A DNA stretch of 43,279 nt from a virus. Its lineage: Duplodnaviria > Caudoviricetes. This document shows positions 36,620-43,279 of this stretch, piece after piece. Under the pieces are notes generated by a model, which was not told the DNA's origin, did not search any database, and saw only the letters and a list, made by a program, of their open reading frames with translations. Location: the IMG/VR virus record IMGVR_UViG_3300011102_000065, positions 1 through 43,279 of that record; one strand, written 5' to 3'. The stretch's first letter is position 1. Each line of letters begins with the position of its first letter. A program made the translations under genes and the position numbers.

Positions 36620-37561
36620 TTACGCAGCAAGCTGGAACAGCGTGTCCCGATCCTGCATGATGCGACGAACCTGCTGCTCTCGGCTGAACAAGGTTGCTGC
36701 GGTGTGATCGTTGCCAGTATTGCGTACGCCAAACTGTCCTTCGGCATGCGAAGAGTAGTATGTCATCGCAGAGAACACGGCCCACAACGTGCGACCACGT
36801 GAAGCAGCTTCGATGAGATACTGCCGATGCAGTCGCGCACCAAGTCGCTCACCGAAGCGATCTTCGAACCACTTCTGCACGTGATCGTCGTCGAGAACCT
36901 TGCGCCGTCCGAGTTCTTCGAACAGCTCACGGTTCTTCCAGAACACTTGTACGCTGCTTTCGACAGCCTGAGAGAACTTCGAGAGTTCGAGCCCCTTCGT
37001 GTGCTTGGCATACGTACTTATGTAATCACCGATCACAATACCGTTCGTGCAGAAGAAGTCGATGGCACCCGCGAGCAGCTTGATCGCACCCGTACCAAAG
37101 CCGTTCTGAATGACGATGCGAAATGCGATCTTCTCACGCTCCGGCGATGCGAATGCGATGTTCGGGAACACGTATTCACGGAAGCACATGGCACCGAAGT
37201 ACGACACCTTGTCACGAACGAGCATCGTCTTGAAGTCATCCGCATCGAGCGTCTTGAGCATCGCACCGTGGATCGTCTCAAACAGCTCGTCGTTCTGCAC
37301 GACCTTGTACGTATCACGCACAACGTTGAGCGTGACAGGTGCGCCTTCCCAAACACGTACAAGCGCCTTGTACTTCGTGTTACTATATTCCGTCCCGTCG
37401 CGGCCTTTGTAGTACAGTGGACGCTCATACGCGGTGAACGCGAGCGGGGAATGCTGTGCGAGGTGAGCGAAATCGTCGTCCCCTTGCACATGTGTGAAGC
37501 CGCGAAGTGCAGCGTTGCCAGCGGGAACAGGGTTAGATGGCGGCATTGTAATCAGCGTCAT
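36620..37561 (-). CDS. DUF932-family protein
   Basis: YKVVQNDELF...QNGFG...FFCTNGIV...KHT...RTLWAVFSAMTYYSSH pattern. Confidence 0.75.
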   Translation of the reverse strand: MTLITMPPSNPVPAGNAALRGFTHVQGDDDFAHLAQHSPLAFTAYERPLYYKGRDGTEYSNTKYKALVRVWEGAPVTLNVVRDTYKVVQNDELFETIHGAMLKTLDADDFKTMLVRDKVSYFGAMCFREYVFPNIAFASPEREKIAFRIVIQNGFGTGAIKLLAGAIDFFCTNGIVIGDYISTYAKHTKGLELSKFSQAVESSVQVFWKNRELFEELGRRKVLDDDHVQKWFEDRFGERLGARLHRQYLIEAASRGRTLWAVFSAMTYYSSHAEGQFGVRNTGNDHTAATLFSREQQVRRIMQDRDTLFQLAA

Positions 37562-37929
37562 CTTAGTTCTCCGTCTCTTCCTCGACGTAGAAGGTTTCTG
37601 AGAGTTTCGAGTTCAGCAACGGTGTAACTCATGATGAGTTCCCTCGTCGCTGTGACTACGCTTTTGTCGTTGGGAACGACGCGACTTGCGTAATCAGCAT
37701 GATCGTCGCTGATCGTCAAGCACACTCGGTTGTTGTTCAGAAGTTCGATGGTGAACGTGAAGTCAGCATCGAGGATTTCTTGTGCACGTTGGAGCAGTGC
37801 TTCATCGTACGAAGGATCGATCGTCCACGATGTTTCCTTAGCTCCGTGCGGTCGAATGTATTGCACGAAAGGAATTGCGCGGATGACCTTTCGATTGTTG
37901 AGTCCTTCAAAGGACTTGGGCTTGTTCAT
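37558..37929 (-). CDS. Hypothetical protein (123 aa)
   Basis: ATGA overlaps at both ends; start MNKPKS at 37929. Confidence 0.7.
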   Translation of the reverse strand: MNKPKSFEGLNNRKVIRAIPFVQYIRPHGAKETSWTIDPSYDEALLQRAQEILDADFTFTIELLNNNRVCLTISDDHADYASRVVPNDKSVVTATRELIMSYTVAELETLRNLLRRGRDGELR

Positions 37930-38381
37930 AGCTCCACTACCTGCCAAGATTGAGAGGGATCACGACGAAGCGTGCAGCTTTCGATGAGCGCATCCACTTC
38001 GGTTGCGTCCATCTTGTAATCACGCATGAGCCGAACCTTGAGCGTCGCCACATCAAAGTACGATGCACCGTTCTTGATATCGACGTTCAGCGTGTAGTGG
38101 TCGGACTCCACGAGTGCACACGTGTTCGCAACGCGGCTCTTGGATACGTCATCCACGACCTTCTTGAGCTTCGACAGCTGCACATCAGTGAGTTGCTTGT
38201 TGAGTTCCTTCTTCGCGTTATCACGGCGCTTCTTGAAGTATGACTCTCCAAGCGTCGCGACATAGTATTCATGCAGGTACGGCACGATCGGATCCTGCGA
38301 TTGCGGGCACGCATGACCGTTCGTGTTACCGACCTTGTCGAGCGACGCAAACAACGCTTGTTTCACCGTCTTTGTGGACAT
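37926..38381 (-). CDS. Hypothetical protein (151 aa)
   Basis: AAGGA RBS; genome-typical codons. Confidence 0.75.
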   Translation of the reverse strand: MSTKTVKQALFASLDKVGNTNGHACPQSQDPIVPYLHEYYVATLGESYFKKRRDNAKKELNKQLTDVQLSKLKKVVDDVSKSRVANTCALVESDHYTLNVDIKNGASYFDVATLKVRLMRDYKMDATEVDALIESCTLRRDPSQSWQVVEL

Positions 38382-38577
38382 ACTTATATCCTTTCCCGTC
38401 TTTCTCGCATTGATCGATCATCTCCACACGCGCGGTGGCTCTCTCGCGCCTGTCGAGGTCTGCAACACTGTACTCGTGTGAAGATTTGTTGTTCATCCAT
38501 GCGACGAGGATGAACACAGCATAGATAAGAACCGTGATGACTATCTCAGGGTCCGGCACGTAATCGGGGTCTCTCAC
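38326..38577 (-). CDS. Small membrane protein (83 aa), first gene after P4
   Basis: AGGAGG RBS, GTG start, TM segment IVITVLIYAVFILVAW. Confidence 0.65.
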   Translation of the reverse strand: MRDPDYVPDPEIVITVLIYAVFILVAWMNNKSSHEYSVADLDRRERATARVEMIDQCEKDGKGYKYVHKDGETSVVCVARQGR

Positions 38578-38589
38578 GATTACCTCCTA

Positions 38590-38618
38590 AGTATATCATA
38601 GCGTGACACCTTGGTCAA
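38590..38618 (-). promoter_or_regulatory. Sigma70 promoter P4: TTGACC-17-TATACT with extended -10 TG
   Basis: Minus strand reads TTGACC aaggtgtcacgctatga TATACT; box GTACACGTGTACA at 38638-38650. Confidence 0.85.
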
Positions 38619-38654
38619 GTTGTGTAAGCGATACGCCGTACACGTGTACACAAG

Positions 38655-38945
38655 TTAATTGCGTGTTGCGGTGGCGTCGTGCTGCTGCTCTTCCCACAGA
38701 AGCTGCCTGAATATGTTGTACGAAAGGATTGCAGCTTCATTCATTGTGTGCATGTTATGCAGTACGGTAGCAGGGAAGCGTGTGAGTACCACACCGTCCT
38801 CATCCTCGTCACCGATTTCCGCATTGCGCATACTCGCAACGAGCAGGATCACATGTGTGACGTCAGGATCGTCCTCGTGACGCTTGAGCTGTTCACGAAG
38901 GAAGTCAAAGAACTCGGCCTTCGTTTCCACCTTGACATGGTCCAT
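38655..38945 (-). CDS. Hypothetical acidic protein (96 aa)
   Basis: Tightly packed ORF with RBS. Confidence 0.7.
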   Translation of the reverse strand: MDHVKVETKAEFFDFLREQLKRHEDDPDVTHVILLVASMRNAEIGDEDEDGVVLTRFPATVLHNMHTMNEAAILSYNIFRQLLWEEQQHDATATRN

Positions 38946-38947
38946 TG

Positions 38948-39406
38948 TTATCCCTTTCTTCTCCGCTCTTCACGGATCACCTTGCCAACACCACTGTACG
39001 AGATGTTGACATCAAATTCCTCGTTGATGCGAGCAGCGATGGCACGATACGTCATGCCCATTTTATGGTAACGACGCATTTGTCGGACCATCTCTCGCGT
39101 GTATCCCCATCTGTCTCGTACGTACTTGTCGTCCTCATTTTGTCCTTGCGTACCGAGTTCGAGGTGAGTTGGGTTACAGCACAGAGGATTGTCACATTTG
39201 TGACGTACCTTCTGTCCCTCTGGAATTTCTCCGTTGAATATCTCCCAAACAACTCGGTACGCAAGTTTACGCTCGCCATCAATCGTGATGTAGCCACGCC
39301 CATCACGACCGCCTTTGTGTCCTGTCCACTCCCAGCAGACTTCTGGATCGTTGCCGTGGGTGTCGATAAATCGGAACACATCGGCTGGCTGGTTTTTTCT
39401 TCCCAT
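38948..39406 (-). CDS. HNH (His-Me finger) endonuclease with C-terminal HTH
   Basis: CWEWTG...GYI...IPEG..VRHKCDNPLCCNPTHLELGTQGQN; C-terminal GMTYRAIAAR...ISYSGVGKV. Confidence 0.88.
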   Translation of the reverse strand: MGRKNQPADVFRFIDTHGNDPEVCWEWTGHKGGRDGRGYITIDGERKLAYRVVWEIFNGEIPEGQKVRHKCDNPLCCNPTHLELGTQGQNEDDKYVRDRWGYTREMVRQMRRYHKMGMTYRAIAARINEEFDVNISYSGVGKVIREERRRKG

Positions 39407-39453
39407 TACATATCCTTTGCTCTCGGATTAGGGGAGCAGCGTTGCCAGCGGGA

Positions 39454-39693
39454 TCAGTTGCGAGGAAGACGTGTCTGGTTCCACACAACAACGACGCCGA
39501 TGATGGCGATAGCAGCAACGGCAATGATGCTCAAAGATGTGACTATGTAATCGTACGCCGTCCACTGAAGATCGGTGACGCGCTTATTGCAGAGGTCGTA
39601 CACACGTGTGTAGCCCCAAAACTTCTCTTCGATCACACAGCCAAGAACAGGAATCCCTTTCATGACTTCTACTCCGATGATACTCTTAATCAT
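39454..39693 (-). CDS. Small membrane protein (79 aa)
   Basis: C-terminal TM segment IVTSLSIIAVAAIAIIGVVVVW. Confidence 0.6.
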   Translation of the reverse strand: MIKSIIGVEVMKGIPVLGCVIEEKFWGYTRVYDLCNKRVTDLQWTAYDYIVTSLSIIAVAAIAIIGVVVVWNQTRLPRN

Positions 39694-39973
39694 CGATCCA
39701 CGTCACGAACATGACGGTGTTGGACTGACGAGGACGAAACTCGTACGAGACTCTGTGGTCGTAGGTTACGCCTTTCACACCAGTCAAGCCCACGGCTGCC
39801 TTTGCTCGGCGCATAAGCTCACGCTGGTACACACGGTTAGCTTTGGCGTAGCCAGACGAGCCGTCATATCCGTAATGATCCAGTTCCGGCATGACGATAA
39901 TAGCCTGCCGAAGCCATGAGTAATTTGCTTCACCACCAAACGTGTCTGTGTATTCAACCAGATATTTCGCCAT
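39686..39973 (-). CDS. Hypothetical phage protein (95 aa)
   Basis: EYTDTFGGEANYSW motif, recalled from small phage proteins; GGAGAG RBS before ATG 39973. Confidence 0.75.
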   Translation of the reverse strand: MAKYLVEYTDTFGGEANYSWLRQAIIVMPELDHYGYDGSSGYAKANRVYQRELMRRAKAAVGLTGVKGVTYDHRVSYEFRPRQSNTVMFVTWIDD

Positions 39974-39995
39974 GGTATCACTCTCCAAGTTACAG

Positions 39996-40247
39996 TCACT
40001 CGCTTAACAGGTCAGCTATTCGAGCCTCGCATGCGACGTCTAGATATCTTTCTCCACCGTGTTTGGTCTTGATGTAAGCCGAGCCAGCATTACCGTATTG
40101 AGCGACAAAGACCCGATACCACCGACCATCGTCGAGCTTGATCATGAGGCTAGTCGGTATGCGCCAACCATATCTTGAGCGGTAGGGTTTAGCTGTCACA
40201 TACCTACGCTCGGCTCCAATAATTGCGGTCTCGTCGAGGTAAATCAT
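39996..40247 (-). CDS. Hypothetical phage protein (83 aa)
   Basis: YGWRIPTSLMIKL..RWYRVFVAQYGNAGSAYI; GGAG RBS. Confidence 0.75.
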   Translation of the reverse strand: MIYLDETAIIGAERRYVTAKPYRSRYGWRIPTSLMIKLDDGRWYRVFVAQYGNAGSAYIKTKHGGERYLDVACEARIADLLSE

Positions 40248-40279
40248 GGTGTGATCTCCATCAGTGCCTTGTACACATG

Positions 40280-40630
40280 TTATGGATCATAGCCCCGAGC
40301 CATGCGTGAACATGAGTTCATGATTGTACCACTGAAAAAGTCATTCCATATGTGATGTGGATATGCCTCGTAAAAATACGCCAGCTCGTAGTGTGTGAAC
40401 CGGCTTGTCTCACCGTACTTGTCCAGTGTCGTACCGTTCGAGATGTTGGCTCGAAGGTTCAGTTTGGTGTGGTGCTCGATGGCTTTTTCGAACAGCCCCA
40501 CGCCAAACTGCTTGTCGGCTCTTTCCTTATCTGCAAGCACGTCTTCGGGTGCTGCATCCATGGCTTCGGCCAGTGTTACAATTTTCTTGGTGGTTCCTTT
40601 GGTGCCGGTCATGGTCGTGCCGCTCGCCAT
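40280..40630 (-). CDS. Hypothetical protein (116 aa)
   Basis: AGGAGG RBS before ATG 40630. Confidence 0.65.
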   Translation of the reverse strand: MASGTTMTGTKGTTKKIVTLAEAMDAAPEDVLADKERADKQFGVGLFEKAIEHHTKLNLRANISNGTTLDKYGETSRFTHYELAYFYEAYPHHIWNDFFSGTIMNSCSRMARGYDP

Positions 40631-40632
40631 GA

Positions 40633-41010
40633 TCAATCCTCCTGCAATTCGTAGTAGCGCGACGTTGCACCATAGTTTTTCAGGTGCTGTTCTAGCGTAG
40701 TCATGTACCGCCAACCCTTACCGCACCACTCCGGCGGTGTTTCGGCAAGAGCGGCTTTCACATCTTCTGCGGTGCGAAGGCTCTCAGGCGAACGCGACAA
40801 GCGCCAACCCGTGCCACTTTCGTGCGACGGCGGTCCATAGTTACCGCTCAGGCTGGGACCGAGCGTCGAAAAACTGAATGATATGACGCGAGAGCCATCG
40901 TCATTCGTGATGAGTCCGTATTCGCGGTTCTCGGCAAGGAAAACTCGGAATCCCAATGCCTTGATGCGCTTTGCAAAGGCTACGGCTTGGGATTGGTGGA
41001 TGTTGTTCAT
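40633..41010 (-). CDS. Hypothetical protein (125 aa)
   Basis: AAGGA RBS; packed in the early cluster. Confidence 0.75.
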   Translation of the reverse strand: MNNIHQSQAVAFAKRIKALGFRVFLAENREYGLITNDDGSRVISFSFSTLGPSLSGNYGPPSHESGTGWRLSRSPESLRTAEDVKAALAETPPEWCGKGWRYMTTLEQHLKNYGATSRYYELQED

Positions 41011-41022
41011 CGTTCGTTTCCT

Positions 41023-41244
41023 TTACTCTAGTATCTCGTCTATGGCCTGCATTGCGCCGTCGAGCCTTGCACGCTGAGTAACGCACACGCCGTCCTTAAC
41101 CACGTCCCAAACTTCTGGATGGCGATGGTAAATCAGATACCCTCGGTATTTTCTTGGGGCGCGGTCGGTGCTGTAAAACTCTGGTCCGTATTCGGGGCGA
41201 CCAGGCTTGTGCCAAGGGTTGCGGTAGGTTGTCGTGTTGGTCAT
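41023..41244 (-). CDS. Hypothetical protein (73 aa)
   Basis: Packed in the early cluster; shares its start-region sequence with the upstream gene. Confidence 0.7.
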   Translation of the reverse strand: MTNTTTYRNPWHKPGRPEYGPEFYSTDRAPRKYRGYLIYHRHPEVWDVVKDGVCVTQRARLDGAMQAIDEILE

Positions 41245-41283
41245 CGTCGGGTCTCTTTATTGTCGCTGCACTTAGCTCTTCGC

Positions 41284-41871
41284 TCAGTCGGGGATGGTCG
41301 GCTCGGTGTTGTAAGCATTTCGCAACGGCATGACCAAACCAAGTGCGTCGGCGTAGTCAGAGAATGTAACGACGGACGGTCCACCCAGCCCATTGTACGT
41401 GTGTACAAGCTCGCCAAGATCAGCAAGTTTGGCTGCTTTGCGCAAACGCACGAAGTAATCAGGATTGAATGCAGCGGGCTCGTTGGTTGGAGAGTGCGGC
41501 ACCACTACACGCCAGTTGGGGAACGGTGTGCCAATCGGTTGGAACGGTATACGTGTTCTGTCAGGCGTCGTGATTTGTAGCCAACCATCCGTCATGACAT
41601 TAAGCTCTGCCTCATCAGAACCGCGTGTTGGTGCCTTGAGTACCGTGATCTTATCAGATGGGATGGTCCAAGAACCGATCAGGTCATTGACGGCGGTGCG
41701 TCGGATGGCAATGAGCGCACTACCATCTGTTGCGACGTAGGTGGTGTGGTGACGGTCTGTCGTGACGTTCACGCCTTGCAAGTGCGGACGTGCCATCTTA
41801 GCTTTTGCGCTCTCCGCAAAAAGCACAGCAGCAGCGAGTGTACGCATGTGCAGCGTGGCGTTGTTAGTCAT
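41284..41871 (-). CDS. Truncated DNA polymerase III beta-clamp-like protein (195 aa)
   Basis: AVLFA...RPHLQGVNV...YVATDGSAL...IP...GTPFPNWRVVVP...AFNPDYF parallels DnaN motifs (R..LnGv, vATDGhRL, g.FP.y..viP, gfN..Y). Confidence 0.7.
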   Translation of the reverse strand: MTNNATLHMRTLAAAVLFAESAKAKMARPHLQGVNVTTDRHHTTYVATDGSALIAIRRTAVNDLIGSWTIPSDKITVLKAPTRGSDEAELNVMTDGWLQITTPDRTRIPFQPIGTPFPNWRVVVPHSPTNEPAAFNPDYFVRLRKAAKLADLGELVHTYNGLGGPSVVTFSDYADALGLVMPLRNAYNTEPTIPD

Positions 41872-41885
41872 CGTCGTGTCTCCAA

Positions 41886-41972
41886 TTATGCGATGACGAT
41901 CATCCAGATTACGATGGAGGAGAGGAAAGCTGCGAGCGCGACAAGCTCGCTCAGGTATTCAGCAGGACGCAT
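41886..41972 (-). CDS. 28-aa single-TM peptide MRPAEYLSELVALAAFLSSIVIWMIVIA
   Basis: GAGGT RBS; fills the intergenic gap. Confidence 0.55.
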   Translation of the reverse strand: MRPAEYLSELVALAAFLSSIVIWMIVIA

Positions 41973-41977
41973 GGTTG

Positions 41978-42166
41978 TTACCTCGGAAGAGTGCTCACAC
42001 CGCGCTTCGCGGTCATCTGAGTTGCGTCGTATGTCGAACCAGCAGCGTATCGTTCTATTGCGTGTTGCGGGCTCCTCCCAAACTCCACGCCGATCACACG
42101 GTCGTTGACGATGATCCGATAGGCTTCCATGTTCTGTTGGGCCTTGCGCTCTTCGTCGTTCATCAT
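41978..42166 (-). CDS. Hypothetical protein (62 aa)
   Basis: AGGAGG RBS; ATGA overlap. Confidence 0.65.
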   Translation of the reverse strand: MMNDEERKAQQNMEAYRIIVNDRVIGVEFGRSPQHAIERYAAGSTYDATQMTAKRGVSTLPR

Positions 42167-42396
42167 GTGTCAGCCTCCTTCACGACAAACTCGTCGTCAC
42201 ACGTGTACGCATCGTCACGAGTAACACGAGTAACTTTGCCGTTAGGCTCGATGTTGAGATAGGTGCCTTGCCACTGCGAGTAGTCTTTGGCACGCGATTT
42301 GAGAGCGATCCACACATGTACGCAACCTCCATGCAAAACAACTGCATGGAGGCGCGTTCCTAGTGGGATGCCGATGATGTCAGTTTTGCAACTCAC
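42163..42396 (-). CDS. Hypothetical protein (about 77 aa, start uncertain)
   Basis: Open frame filling the gap; GTG start assumed. Confidence 0.5.
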   Translation of the reverse strand: MSCKTDIIGIPLGTRLHAVVLHGGCVHVWIALKSRAKDYSQWQGTYLNIEPNGKVTRVTRDDAYTCDDEFVVKEADT

Positions 42397-42874
42397 TCTG
42401 GGCGATCCGAATGTGTTCGTGCATAGCTTCCGAGAAAATCGCCTTGCTGAGCTGGGCGAGCTCGTCGCATCGCATAAGCATGACGTCATTCGACAAAGAT
42501 ACGCCGAGAGCACGAGAAGTCGCGAGCAAGGACTTTTCGTCACCAGTTTCTGGTGCCTGCTTGCGTACGGTATTCACGGCGACAGTCAAATGACTTGTCA
42601 CGAACATCTGGATGCCCACCGCGAACGTGGCCGAAGCAACTATAGCATGAGCATTGTTCCGGCCTGAGTCCGAAGCCATCTTGCTCATGTACTTAGCAAT
42701 GAGCATGCGGAGGTCACACAGAAAATCCGTGATGTCGATGTCAGAATCGACTTGGTGAACGATACGCGTCAGTTCCTTGTGATGATGCGCCAGCAGGCCA
42801 GGCCAAAGAGCCTCGATATCAGAAAGGAACTTGGCAGCACGGGCGCTGTTCTCAGCTTCTTCAAGACTAAACAT
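42380..42874 (-). CDS. Hypothetical protein (164 aa)
   Basis: Start MFSLEE after GGAG RBS, which follows a motif copy at 42894-42904. Confidence 0.7.
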   Translation of the reverse strand: MFSLEEAENSARAAKFLSDIEALWPGLLAHHHKELTRIVHQVDSDIDITDFLCDLRMLIAKYMSKMASDSGRNNAHAIVASATFAVGIQMFVTSHLTVAVNTVRKQAPETGDEKSLLATSRALGVSLSNDVMLMRCDELAQLSKAIFSEAMHEHIRIAQSELQN

Positions 42875-42903
42875 CTTTCTCATCTCCAGCAGGTGTACAC
42901 GTG

Positions 42904-43113
42904 TTACGCAAGACGGATGTAGTACCAACCAGTACTACCACGAGCCAGCATCCGATCACGCAACAACGTGTCGATATCCCGAGCCCAACGCCCCTTGTTC
43001 TTGTTGATGCGCTCTTCCATGGCGTCGATTGCGGGATGCACAGGATCCTTCTGCTTGTTGTACACGCTGCGAGCATGCATGACACACGAGTGCGCAGTGC
43101 CGTGAAACTTCAT
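42904..43113 (-). CDS. Hypothetical protein (69 aa)
   Basis: Start MKFHG at 43113 with GAGG RBS. Confidence 0.6.
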   Translation of the reverse strand: MKFHGTAHSCVMHARSVYNKQKDPVHPAIDAMEERINKNKGRWARDIDTLLRDRMLARGSTGWYYIRLA

Positions 43114-43156
43114 TGCCTCGATCCCCGAAATTAGATGAGCTTGTCGAACCACTTGA

Positions 43157-43279
43157 CTTCGCCAGTCTCTGCGAGATGGCGCAGTGTTCGAGCAGCCTCT
43201 TTGGGCGTAATCTCCGACCAAAACTTGCCCGCATCCAAAGCGCTCGGCGTGAACAGCTTGCCAGCCGTTTCCCAATCAA
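43157..43279. repeat. Terminal direct repeat, copy 2 (assembly overlap)
   Basis: Identical to 1-123. Confidence 0.95.

Noticed and set aside
26605-43156. Lysogeny module
   Set aside because: No integrase, ParA or CI/Cro pair was recognised.
43157-43279. 123-bp terminal repeat as the biological DTR
   Set aside because: It lies inside an ORF that reads through the join, which is typical of assembler overlap on a circular contig.
1-43279. tRNA or rRNA genes
   Set aside because: No cloverleaf with T-loop/D-loop consensus was seen in the intergenic regions by eye; tRNAscan-SE would confirm.

Overview
The window is an apparently complete, circularly assembled genome of a podovirus-type dsDNA phage. 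Bases 1-123 repeat exactly at 43157-43279 and an ORF reads through the join, giving a unit length of 43,156 bp. The rightward arm (2478-26615) encodes TerS/TerL, portal, scaffold, major capsid, adaptor/nozzle, tail fibre, endolysin, Rz/Rz1 spanins, a GNAT and four ejection proteins. The leftward arm (26605-43156 plus 1-1576) encodes a family A DNA polymerase with an N-terminal UDG-like domain, a RecD-like helicase, a recombination module (Sak4-like ATPase, Cas4-like nuclease, DUF669-like SSB), DUF932, an HNH nuclease, a truncated beta-clamp-like protein and many small ORFans. I recognise no integrase, CI-type repressor, RNA polymerase or primase, so the phage is probably virulent and dependent on host sigma70. 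Spanins indicate a Gram-negative host; an alphaproteobacterial host is inferred. The strongest unexplained signal is a genome-wide palindrome, TGTAC-N4-GTACA (best copy TGTACACGTGTACA). It sits exactly 20 bp upstream of the -35 box of all four leftward sigma70 promoters found, overlaps a rightward promoter, and recurs between stop codons and RBSs. A phage ribbon-helix-helix protein is a candidate reader. Other leads are a suhB/MmgR-like anti-SD small RNA, a PolA with His at the 762 position and a degenerate UDG domain, acid-to-amide changes in both TerL active sites, and a GNAT next to a P22 gp7-like ejection protein with an acidic leader. All family calls are from motif recognition by eye, not from database searches.
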